Positions 1 to 7,230 are shown, numbered from the stretch's first letter. The stretch is DNA of 10,772 bases from Vulcanimicrobiota bacterium (GCA_003133025.1 PKZK01000255.1:1-10772); one strand, 5' to 3'. Numbers and translations are program-made. Notes: generated by a model not told the origin, from the letters alone.

Positions 1-941
1 TCGTCGGTGACGGCGTTGACCTCGGCGAGCACTTCTTTCTTCAGCGCGGCGATGTCGTCGGCGCTCACGATGCCCTGCTCTAGAAGGAGCTTTTCAAAGC
101 GCGGCACGGGATCGAGATACCGGTGGCGCTCGATCTCCTCGCGCGTGCGATAGGTACGGTCGTCGTCGGTCGTGTGCGAGAGGAAGCGGTAGCACTTGGC
201 CTCGACCAGCGTCGGGCCCTCACCGGCGCGCGCGCGCTCGAGCGCCGCGTTCACCACGGCATAGACGGCGATCGGGTCGGACCCGTCGACCTTGACGCCG
301 GGCAAACCGTAGCCCTCGGCCTTCGCGATGATGTCCTTGATGGCCATCTGGTGTTCGCGCGGCGTGGAAATCGCCCACTCGTTGTTCTCGCAGAGAAACA
401 CGACCGGCAGCTTGTGAATGGCCGCGAAGTTGACCGACTCGTGCCACTCGCCTTCGCTCGTGGCGCCGTCGCCGAACGTGCACAGCACCGCCCGGTCGTG
501 CTCCTTGCGCAGCTTGAAGGCGTAGGCCACGCCTACCGCGTGAGTGCACTGGGCGGCGATGATCGAGCTGACCGAGAGCATGCCCAGCTTCTTGTTCGTG
601 TAGTGGTTGGGGAATTGGCGGCCGCCCGAGATGTCGGCGGCTCGGGCGAACATCGAGAGGAGGGCGTCGAGCGGCGGCATGCCGATCCCCAGGCACAGCC
701 CGATGTCGCGGTAGTAGGGAGCGAGCACGTCCCTGCCGCGGTGAAACGCCTGCGCTGCGCCGGCGTGGATGCCTTCGTGGCCCTCGCTGCCGGTGGCGAA
801 CGGGATCTTTCCCTGGCGGTTCAACTGAAAGCCGCGATTGTCGACCGTGCGTTGCACGATCATGTTGCGCAGCATGGCTCGCAACTGCTCGTCGCTCAGC
901 CCATGCCGCTCCAGTGCGGGCGTATCGATCGCTTTGGCCAT
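1..941 (-). CDS. bkdAA: ThDP-dependent 2-oxoacid dehydrogenase E1 alpha subunit, branched-chain (2-oxoisovalerate) type; 3' end runs off the window
   Basis: Manual translation from ATG at 941: MAKAIDTPALERHGLSDEQLRAMLRNMIVQRTVDNRGFQLNRQGKIPFATGSEGHEG...PYYRDIG...SGGRQFPNHY...FGDGATSEGEWHESVNFAAIHKLPVVFLCENNEWAISTP...EAKCYRFLSHTTDDDDRTYR. It has the GDG...NN ThDP motif. NRQGKIPF, PYYRD, SGGRQ and H-x-x-DDDD-x-x-YR resemble Bacillus BkdAA as I recall it. The frame is open to position 1. Substrate specificity is inferred. Confidence 0.9.
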   Translation of the reverse strand, partial: MAKAIDTPALERHGLSDEQLRAMLRNMIVQRTVDNRGFQLNRQGKIPFATGSEGHEGIHAGAAQAFHRGRDVLAPYYRDIGLCLGIGMPPLDALLSMFARAADISGGRQFPNHYTNKKLGMLSVSSIIAAQCTHAVGVAYAFKLRKEHDRAVLCTFGDGATSEGEWHESVNFAAIHKLPVVFLCENNEWAISTPREHQMAIKDIIAKAEGYGLPGVKVDGSDPIAVYAVVNAALERARAGEGPTLVEAKCYRFLSHTTDDDRTYRTREEIERHRYLDPVPRFEKLLLEQGIVSADDIAALKKEVLAEVNAVTD

Positions 942-947
942 CCGACC

Positions 948-953
948 CCTCCC
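948..953 (-). promoter_or_regulatory. Shine-Dalgarno site for the E1-alpha gene
   Basis: The minus strand reads GGGAGG-GGTCGG-ATG, a 6-nt spacer to the ATG at 941. Confidence 0.75.
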
Positions 954-1068
954 ATAAGGCAAACCCGATGGTCTTGGAATTCGCCCTGCCATTCCCTTCG
1001 GCTTGCTGCAAAGGGTGACCGCCCGCGGGGGGGGGCGGGCCCGGGGAGCCGACGTCGAAGCCGGGGCC

Positions 1069-2226
1069 ATGATTGTTCACGAGGACATCCCCATCGACGA
1101 CTTGGTCCGCGTGCGCCGGCACTTGCACCGGCAACCGGAACTTTCGATGGTCGAGTTCGAGACGGCCCGTTTCGTCGAGGCCGAGTTGGCCAAGCTGAAC
1201 CTCGACGAGGTCCGCACCGGCATCGGCCAGACGGGCGTCTTGGGCACGCTGCGGGGCGGCAAGCCCGGTCCCGTCACCCTCCTGCGCGCCGATATGGACG
1301 CGCTGCCGATTGCCGAGTTGGTCGACGCGCCATACCGTTCGGAGCGCGCGGGCATCATGCACGCCTGCGGGCACGACGGCCACGTCTCGATCCTGCTCGC
1401 GGCGGCCCGTACCCTAGCCGAGCGGCGCGCCGAGGTTCCCGGAACGCTCGTTTTCTGCTTCCAGCCCGGCGAAGAAGGCAGCGCCGGCAACCGCTTGATG
1501 ATCGAGGACGGCGCGCTCGAGAACCCGCACGTCGACCGCACCTTCGCGCTGCATCTCTACAGCCAACTCGACGTGGGCAAGATCGGCGTGCGCGACGGCG
1601 CCTTCTTCGCTTCGGCCGACGAGTGGTTTCTGACCATCTCCGGTAAGGGCGGCCACGGAGCGATGCCGCAAATGTCGATCGATCCTATCGTCGCGGGTTC
1701 GTACTTCGTCACCATGTTGCAGACGATCGTGAGCCGTGAGGTCGCGCCGAAAGACCCGGCGGTCTTCACCGTGGGCAAGTTCGAATCGGGCACGACGTTC
1801 AACGTTATTCCCGACAAGGCGACCTTGATGGGCACCGTGCGCTGCTTCGACCCCGACGTGCGCAAGGCGATGCCCGAGCGCATGGAACGCATCCTGCGCG
1901 GCCTCTGCGAGGCCATGCGCGTGGAATACGAATTGAAGTATCACTGGTCGTATCCGCCGACGGTCAACAATCGCGACATGAACGATCTGGTGCGCGAGGT
2001 GGGTCGGGCGACGCTCGGCGCCGGCAACGTGGTGGAGCACGACATCGTGATGTGGGCCGAGGACATGTCGTTCATGCAAGAGCGGCGCCCCGGCGCGTAC
2101 TTCATCGTCGGCGCCCGCGGCGGACCTGAGACGGGCTTTCCGCACCACAACGCGCGCTTCGACATCGACGAGCGCGCGCTCCAGGTCGGCTACAAGATGA
2201 TGGTAGCGCTGGGCCTGCGCGGATGA
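1069..2226 (+). CDS. M20D family amidohydrolase (Acy1-like; N-acyl-amino-acid or hippurate hydrolase family)
   Basis: Motifs RRHLHRQPELS, LRADMDALP, MHACGHDGH, FQPGEEG, GKGGHGAMP, AEDMSF and HHNARFDIDE. ATG 1069 (MIVHEDIP) is preferred over the track start at 1003 because the extension is low-complexity and crosses a poly-G tract. Confidence 0.92.
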   Translation: MIVHEDIPIDDLVRVRRHLHRQPELSMVEFETARFVEAELAKLNLDEVRTGIGQTGVLGTLRGGKPGPVTLLRADMDALPIAELVDAPYRSERAGIMHACGHDGHVSILLAAARTLAERRAEVPGTLVFCFQPGEEGSAGNRLMIEDGALENPHVDRTFALHLYSQLDVGKIGVRDGAFFASADEWFLTISGKGGHGAMPQMSIDPIVAGSYFVTMLQTIVSREVAPKDPAVFTVGKFESGTTFNVIPDKATLMGTVRCFDPDVRKAMPERMERILRGLCEAMRVEYELKYHWSYPPTVNNRDMNDLVREVGRATLGAGNVVEHDIVMWAEDMSFMQERRPGAYFIVGARGGPETGFPHHNARFDIDERALQVGYKMMVALGLRG

Positions 2227-3830
2227 CACGCGCCGCCGGCCTTTCGGCCGCGCTCCTGTTCGCAGCTGCGCTGCGTCCGGCCAGCGCCGCCGCATGGCCC
2301 GGAAGCGTCGCCGGCGCCGTTGCGGCCCAAACGCGGATCGATGTCGTCATCGCGCTACGCGGCGCGCACGATGCGGAGATTCCCGCGCTCTTGCGCGCGC
2401 AGAACGACCCCGCTTCGCCGCTCTACCGGCACTGGCTGACGCCTGCACAGTTCGGCGCCTACTTCGGTGCGGAGCCGGCGCAGTACGCGCACGTCGTGAG
2501 CGGGTTGCGCGAACGCGGCTTCAGCCTCGACCGGCTCGAGCCCAACCGGCGGCACATCATCGCGCACGCGAACGCAGCCGTCGTCGAACGAACCTTCGCG
2601 ACGCCGTTGGATCTGCGCGCGGAGGGAGCGAAGCGCTTCTACGCCAATCGCGCCGAGCCGCGCATCCCCGCCGACCTGAGTGGGATCGATGCGGTCTCGG
2701 GCCTCGACGACTTCGGCGAGCACCATTCGCACCTGCGCAACGAATACGAAATCGGCAAGCGATTCTCGTGGGCCCCGGCCGATCTCGCCGTCGGCTACGA
2801 CCTCGACCCGGTCTACGCGCAGGGTCTCGACGGTTCGGGTGAGACGATCGCCAACGCAACGGCGTTTGCCGCAGCGCAGACCGATCTGACCGGATTCGAA
2901 TCGGCGTTCGGCTTGCCCGCCGCAGCGCTGACGACGGTCAACATCGACGGCAGCGGCGGCAAGGGCAGCGACTCGGAGTCGACGCTCGATGTGGATATGG
3001 GGACGTCGGTCGCGCGCGGCGCCGCTTTCGTTCAAGTCGCCGGCGCCGACGCTCGAAACAGGACCTTCGACGATATCTATTCGTACATCGTCAACCAGTT
3101 GGGCGGCACGGTTCATTCGGTGACGACCAGTTGGGGTACGTGCGAACCGGACTTCGCCAAATCGCCGAGTTTCACGATCGACGAGATGCTCTTTGCGCAG
3201 GCGTCGACCGAGGGTCAGACGTGGTTTTCGGCCAGCGGCGACGACGGCGTGGACGATTGCCCGAACGGGGAACGGACGGTCGACTATCCCGGTTCGAGCC
3301 CGTACGTCGTCAGCGTCGGCGGCACCAACGTGACCGCTTCGATTCGAGACGGCAAGGTGACCGGCTGGACGTCGGAGTCGACGTGGCAAGCTTCGAATAG
3401 CAACGGTGCGAGCGGCGGCGGTAAGAGCGTCGTCTTCTCGAAGCCCGACTTTCAGACGCAGTTGACGCCGGCCGACGGCGCGCGCGACGTGCCCGACGTG
3501 TCGGCGCTCGCCGACGACGTGAACGACGGCGTGTGGATCTATCTCCACGGCAAGCTCAGCGACGGCTGGGGCGGCACGAGCGACGCCGCGCCGATGTGGG
3601 CCGGCCTCTACGCGATCGTGCTGCAGAAGTACGGTGGCGTGCCGCCGTACGTCACGCTCGACCGGCTCTACGCACTCGGCGCCGGTTCCCAGTACGCGAC
3701 CGCATTCCACGACATCACCACGGGCAATAACCGTTACGACCACGTGAAGGGCTACGCTGCCACCGCCGGCTATGATCGGGCGACAGGTTTGGGTTCGTTC
3801 GACGGCGCGGGCTTCGTAGGCGCCTACTGA
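2223..3830 (+). CDS. Secreted S53 family (sedolisin/kumamolisin-like) serine-carboxyl peptidase with pro-domain
   Basis: Signal-peptide-like N-terminus (MTRAAGLSAALLFAAALRPASAAA), pro-domain motif DPASPLYRHWLTPAQFGAYFG, catalytic E-x3-D (ESTLD), oxyanion SGDDG, nucleophile GGTSDAAP and Ca-binding C-terminus FHDITTGNN...GYDRATGLGS. ATGA overlap with the M20 stop. Confidence 0.93.
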   Translation: MTRAAGLSAALLFAAALRPASAAAWPGSVAGAVAAQTRIDVVIALRGAHDAEIPALLRAQNDPASPLYRHWLTPAQFGAYFGAEPAQYAHVVSGLRERGFSLDRLEPNRRHIIAHANAAVVERTFATPLDLRAEGAKRFYANRAEPRIPADLSGIDAVSGLDDFGEHHSHLRNEYEIGKRFSWAPADLAVGYDLDPVYAQGLDGSGETIANATAFAAAQTDLTGFESAFGLPAAALTTVNIDGSGGKGSDSESTLDVDMGTSVARGAAFVQVAGADARNRTFDDIYSYIVNQLGGTVHSVTTSWGTCEPDFAKSPSFTIDEMLFAQASTEGQTWFSASGDDGVDDCPNGERTVDYPGSSPYVVSVGGTNVTASIRDGKVTGWTSESTWQASNSNGASGGGKSVVFSKPDFQTQLTPADGARDVPDVSALADDVNDGVWIYLHGKLSDGWGGTSDAAPMWAGLYAIVLQKYGGVPPYVTLDRLYALGAGSQYATAFHDITTGNNRYDHVKGYAATAGYDRATGLGSFDGAGFVGAY

Positions 3831-3836
3831 TCCGAC

Positions 3837-3842
3837 AGGAGG
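3837..3842 (+). promoter_or_regulatory. Shine-Dalgarno site for the beta-propeller gene
   Basis: AGGAGG lies 6 nt before ATG 3849. Confidence 0.85.
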
Positions 3843-3848
3843 TTCCTC

Positions 3849-4964
3849 ATGAGCGGTGTGCGGGTACTGGTCGGAACGCGTAAGGGCGCGTTCGTGCTCG
3901 AGTCGGACGGTGCGCGGCGAGACTGGAAAGTCGGCGGCCCGTACTTTCCCGGCTGGGAGATCTACCACGTGAAAGGCTCGCCGGCCGACCCGAACCGGCT
4001 TTATGCGTCGCAGAGTTCGAGTTGGTTCGGCCAATTGATTCAGCGCTCCGACGACGGCGGCGCGACCTGGACGCCGGTGGGCAACGAGTTCTCGTACGCG
4101 CACCAGCCCGGAACGCACCAGTGGTACGACGGCACGCCGCACCCGTGGGAGTTCGCGCGCGTGTGGCACCTCGAACCGTCGCTCGCCGATCCCGATACCG
4201 TCTTCGCCGGGGTCGAAGACGCGGCGCTCTTCCGTTCGTCCGACGGCGGCGCGACGTGGACGGAACTTGCGAGCCTGCGCGAGCACCACACGGGTTCCGC
4301 GTGGCAACCCGGCGCGGGCGGCCTCTGCCTGCACACGATCCTGCTCGATCCGGCCGACGCCCGGCGCATCTTCGTCGCCATCTCGGCCGCCGGTGCGTTT
4401 CGCAGCGACGACGCGGGTGCGACGTGGAAGCCGATCAACCGCGGCTTGCGCTCGGAAGGCATCCCCGATCCCGACGCGGAGATCGGCCATTGCGTGCACC
4501 GGCTGGCGCAGCATCGCGCGCAACCCAACCGGCTGTTCATGCAGAAACATTGGGACGTGATGCGCAGCGACGATGCGGGCGATACCTGGCGCGAGGTCAG
4601 CGGCAATCTGCCGACCGACTTCGGGTTCGTTATCGACGTGCACGCCCACGAGCCCGAAACGATCTACGTCGTGCCGATCAAGAGCGATGCCGAGCATTTT
4701 CCGCTCGACGGCAGTCTGCGCGTCTATCGCAGCCGCACGGGTGGCGAGCAGTGGGAGGCGCTGACGACGGGTTTACCGCAGCGCGACTGTTACGTCAACG
4801 TCTTGCGCGATGCCATGGCCGTCGACTCGCTCGATGCGTGCGGCATCTATTTCGGAACGACCGGCGGCCAGGTCTACGTCTCGGCCGATGCGGGCGATAC
4901 GTGGAATCCGATCGTGCGCGATTTGCCCGCGGTACTCTCCGTCGAAGTGCAGACGTTTTTGTGA
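3849..4964 (+). CDS. Asp-box/BNR-repeat beta-propeller protein (the type often auto-annotated as exo-alpha-sialidase or WD40/YVTN/BNR); function unknown
   Basis: Asp-boxes [36 protein letters not shown] and VSADAGDTW, plus a degenerate RSRTGGEQW. No signal peptide; strong SD. Confidence 0.88.
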   Translation: MSGVRVLVGTRKGAFVLESDGARRDWKVGGPYFPGWEIYHVKGSPADPNRLYASQSSSWFGQLIQRSDDGGATWTPVGNEFSYAHQPGTHQWYDGTPHPWEFARVWHLEPSLADPDTVFAGVEDAALFRSSDGGATWTELASLREHHTGSAWQPGAGGLCLHTILLDPADARRIFVAISAAGAFRSDDAGATWKPINRGLRSEGIPDPDAEIGHCVHRLAQHRAQPNRLFMQKHWDVMRSDDAGDTWREVSGNLPTDFGFVIDVHAHEPETIYVVPIKSDAEHFPLDGSLRVYRSRTGGEQWEALTTGLPQRDCYVNVLRDAMAVDSLDACGIYFGTTGGQVYVSADAGDTWNPIVRDLPAVLSVEVQTFL

Positions 4965-5254
4965 TCCGCGTCGTTCTCCCGGCGCCGCTGCGCGCAGTAG
5001 GCGGCCTGCCGAGCGAAATCACGCTCGAGGTCCGCGAACCGACACAGGCGGCCTTGCTCGACGCGCTCGAGGCGCGCTATCCGATGTTGCGCGGGACGCT
5101 GCGCGAGCACGCAACGCGGCGGCGCCGCGCCTACGTGCGCTTCTTCGCGTGCGGGCGCGACCTCTCGCACGAACCGTCCGACGCGCTCCTGCCCGCGGCC
5201 GTTGCCTGCGGCGCCGAGCCGTTCGTCGTCATCGGAGCGATGTCCGGAGGCTAA
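4961..5254 (+). CDS. MoaD/ThiS family ubiquitin-like (beta-grasp) protein, 97 aa
   Basis: GTG at 4961 overlaps the upstream TGA (GTGA). Sequence [15 protein letters not shown]...[17 protein letters not shown]...[16 protein letters not shown]...[10 protein letters not shown] has MoaD-like length and pattern and a C-terminal Gly-Gly. Confidence 0.88.
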   Translation: MIRVVLPAPLRAVGGLPSEITLEVREPTQAALLDALEARYPMLRGTLREHATRRRRAYVRFFACGRDLSHEPSDALLPAAVACGAEPFVVIGAMSGG

Positions 5255-5268
5255 CCAGCCCGTGCCGC

Positions 5269-5340
5269 TCCGGCGTACCGCAAGAGGACGCGGCCGTCTC
5301 CACGCCGGAAATCGCCGGTTTGAACGACGATCCGTCGTTC
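5269..5340 (+). promoter_or_regulatory. Two inverted repeats upstream of the transketolase genes (possible RNA structure or operator)
   Basis: TCCGGCGT (5269-5276) pairs with ACGCCGGA (5302-5309). GAACGACG-atc-CGTCGTTC (5322-5340) is a perfect 8-bp stem. Function is not established. Confidence 0.45.
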
Positions 5341-5368
5341 GCTTGCGTGCCTTGGGTGCGGGGGAAGC

Positions 5369-6223
5369 ATGACGACGACACGGGACCCGATCACGGAACT
5401 GAAGCTTCGCGCCAACGCCATCCGGCAAGGCATCATCGAGAGCCTCGTGGCCGCCGGATCGGGGCATTCGGCGGGGTCGCTGGACATGGCGGAGGTGTTC
5501 GCGGCGCTCTATTTCGCGGTGTTGCGGCACGACCCGAAAAACCCCGAGTGGGCCGAACGCGATCGCCTGCTGCTGTCCGCCGGGCACATCTGCCCCGTCC
5601 GCTATTCGGCGATGGCCGAGGCCGGATATTTTCCGCGCGAGGAGTTGCTCACGTTGCGCAAGTTCGGCACGCGACTGCAAGGTCACCCCGAGCGCACGCT
5701 GCTGCCCGGTTCCGAGTCCACCTCGGGTCCGCTCGGCGAGGGGCTCGCGCAGTCGGGCGGTTTGGCGCTGGCGGCCAAGATGGATCGCAAGGAGTGGCGC
5801 GTGTACTGCGTGGTTTCGGATGCCGAGGAACAGTGCGGCCTGCATTGGGAAGCGATGCTGTTCGCGGCCAAATTCCAGCTCGACAACCTCTGCTGCATCG
5901 TGGATCGCAATTTCATTCAGATCGACGGCTCGACCGAAACGGTGATGCCGCTCGAACCGTTGCGCGCCAAGTACGAGGCCTTCAATTGGCACGCGATCGA
6001 CTGCGACGGTCACGACTTCGTCGCGTTGTTGGCCGCCTTCGACGAGGCGCGCAGCACGAAAGGCAAGCCGACGGTCATCCTGGCCAACACGATGCCCGGT
6101 AAGGGCGTGGCCCTCATGGAGAACGACTTCCTCTGGCACGGCAAGCCGCCCAATCGCGAGCAGGCCGACGAGGCGCTGCGCGAACTGCGCGACGATGCGG
6201 CGCGTCTGCAGGCGGTACGCTGA
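5369..6223 (+). CDS. Transketolase, N-terminal (ThDP pyrophosphate-binding) subunit of a split transketolase
   Basis: AGSGHSAGSL, RDRLLLSAGH, LRKFGTRLQGHP, SGPLGEGL, a modified ThDP motif SDAEEQCGLHWEA...IVDRNFIQIDG, DGHD and PGKGV...WHG. Purine-rich GGGGAAG directly upstream. Confidence 0.92.
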   Translation: MTTTRDPITELKLRANAIRQGIIESLVAAGSGHSAGSLDMAEVFAALYFAVLRHDPKNPEWAERDRLLLSAGHICPVRYSAMAEAGYFPREELLTLRKFGTRLQGHPERTLLPGSESTSGPLGEGLAQSGGLALAAKMDRKEWRVYCVVSDAEEQCGLHWEAMLFAAKFQLDNLCCIVDRNFIQIDGSTETVMPLEPLRAKYEAFNWHAIDCDGHDFVALLAAFDEARSTKGKPTVILANTMPGKGVALMENDFLWHGKPPNREQADEALRELRDDAARLQAVR

Positions 6224-7200
6224 TGCAACTCGCCGCGTATCTCGACCCGGCCGCGCTCCAACAGATCCCGACGCGCGACGGCTTCGGCCAGGGACTGGTC
6301 GAGGCCGCGCGTCGCAACGAGAACGTCGTCGCGGTCTGCGCCGACCTCGTCGAATCCACGCGCATGCAGGCGTTCCGCGACGCGTTCCCGGAGCGGTTCA
6401 TCGAGATCGGCGTGCAGGAACAGTTGCTGGTTGCGATGAGCGCGGGCTTGGCCATGGCCGGCAAAGTGCCGTTCGTCGCATCGTACGCGATGTTCTGTCC
6501 GGGCCGCGCGTGGGAACAGATCCGCACCAACATGTGCCTCAACGATACCAACGTCAAGGTGGCCGGCGCGCACGCCGGCGTCTCCGTCGGGCCCGACGGC
6601 GCCACGCACCAGGCCATCGAAGACATCGCGATCATGCGCCCGATTCCGCGCTTGACGATCGTCGTACCCTGCGATTCGGTGCAGACGAAGAAGGCGACGC
6701 TGGCGGTGGCCGAACTCGACGGCCCGGTGTACTTGCGTTTCGGACGCGAGAAATCGCCGGTGGTGACGACGGACGAGACGCCGTTCGAAATCGGTAAGGC
6801 GCAGGTGTTTCGAGATGGCAAGGACGTGGCGATCGTAGCCTGCGGCATCGTCGTGTACGACGCCTTGATCGCCGCCGAGCGACTGGCGCGCGAAGACGGC
6901 CTCGATTGTTTAGTGCTGAACAATCACACGGTCAAGCCGATGGACGCGCCGGCCATCCTCGCCGCGGCGCGAACCTGCGGGGCGGTCGTCACCGTCGAGG
7001 AGCATCAGATCCAGGGCGGCATGGGTTCGCGGGTGGCGGAGATCCTGGTGGCCGAGCATCCGGTGCCGATGGAGTTCGTGGGCGTCGACGATCGCTTCGG
7101 TCAGTCGGGAACGCCCGCGGAGTTGCTCGCGCACTACGGCATGAGTGCCGACGACATCCGCGCGGCGGTCCTGCGCGCCGCGGCCCGCAAGCGCGGCTAA
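6223..7200 (+). CDS. Transketolase, C-terminal (pyrimidine-binding plus C-terminal domain) subunit
   Basis: TRDGFGQGL, ADLVEST, FPERFIEIGVQEQ, RAWEQIR, GPDGATHQAIED, GPVYLRFGR, TVKPMD, VTVEEH and FGQSG. TGATG overlap with the N-terminal subunit gene. Confidence 0.93.
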   Translation: MQLAAYLDPAALQQIPTRDGFGQGLVEAARRNENVVAVCADLVESTRMQAFRDAFPERFIEIGVQEQLLVAMSAGLAMAGKVPFVASYAMFCPGRAWEQIRTNMCLNDTNVKVAGAHAGVSVGPDGATHQAIEDIAIMRPIPRLTIVVPCDSVQTKKATLAVAELDGPVYLRFGREKSPVVTTDETPFEIGKAQVFRDGKDVAIVACGIVVYDALIAAERLAREDGLDCLVLNNHTVKPMDAPAILAAARTCGAVVTVEEHQIQGGMGSRVAEILVAEHPVPMEFVGVDDRFGQSGTPAELLAHYGMSADDIRAAVLRAAARKRG

Positions 7201-7230
7201 CTCCTATGGAGAGGCTAACTCCTATGGAGA
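7195..7230. repeat. Perfect tandem duplication of 18 bp, GGCTAACTCCTATGGAGA x2
   Basis: Copies at 7195-7212 and 7213-7230 are read directly from the sequence. Each contains the small palindrome CTCC-tat-GGAG. Confidence 0.95.

Noticed and set aside
976..992. Possible sigma54 promoter for the E1-alpha gene (minus strand TGGCAGGGCGAATTCC), by analogy to the SigL-dependent Bacillus bkd operon
   Set aside because: The invariant GC at -12 (GG-N10-GC) is absent; the position reads TC.
123..1646. 507-aa plus-strand ORF and 387-aa minus-strand ORF (220-1383)
   Set aside because: Shadow frames of the E1-alpha and M20 genes. They are Arg/Gly/Pro-rich with no motifs, as expected in high-GC DNA with few stop codons.
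2355..4697. 780-aa minus-strand ORF
   Set aside because: Antisense to the well-supported S53 and propeller genes, with no recognisable domain.
4022..4960. Long N-terminal extension of the Ubl ORF (410 aa in the track), suggesting a fusion or frameshift product
   Set aside because: The extension is an off-frame, Arg-rich reading of the propeller gene. GTG 4961 in a GTGA overlap gives a normal-sized Ubl. The T6 run at 4955-4960 region is too weak as evidence for programmed frameshifting.
3849..4964. Sialidase function for the propeller
   Set aside because: Asp-boxes are structural. No (F/Y)RIP motif, signal peptide or sialic-acid catabolic genes are seen.
4961..5254. Calling the Ubl thiS or moaD, with a thiamine link to the two nearby ThDP enzymes
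   Set aside because: No thiG/thiF or moaE/moeB in the window, and the protein is longer than a typical ThiS. Family membership alone does not fix the pathway.
5255..5368. TPP riboswitch or intrinsic terminator ahead of a ThDP enzyme
   Set aside because: No CUGAGA/TPP core and no U-tract after the stems. Kept only as an unexplained structure.
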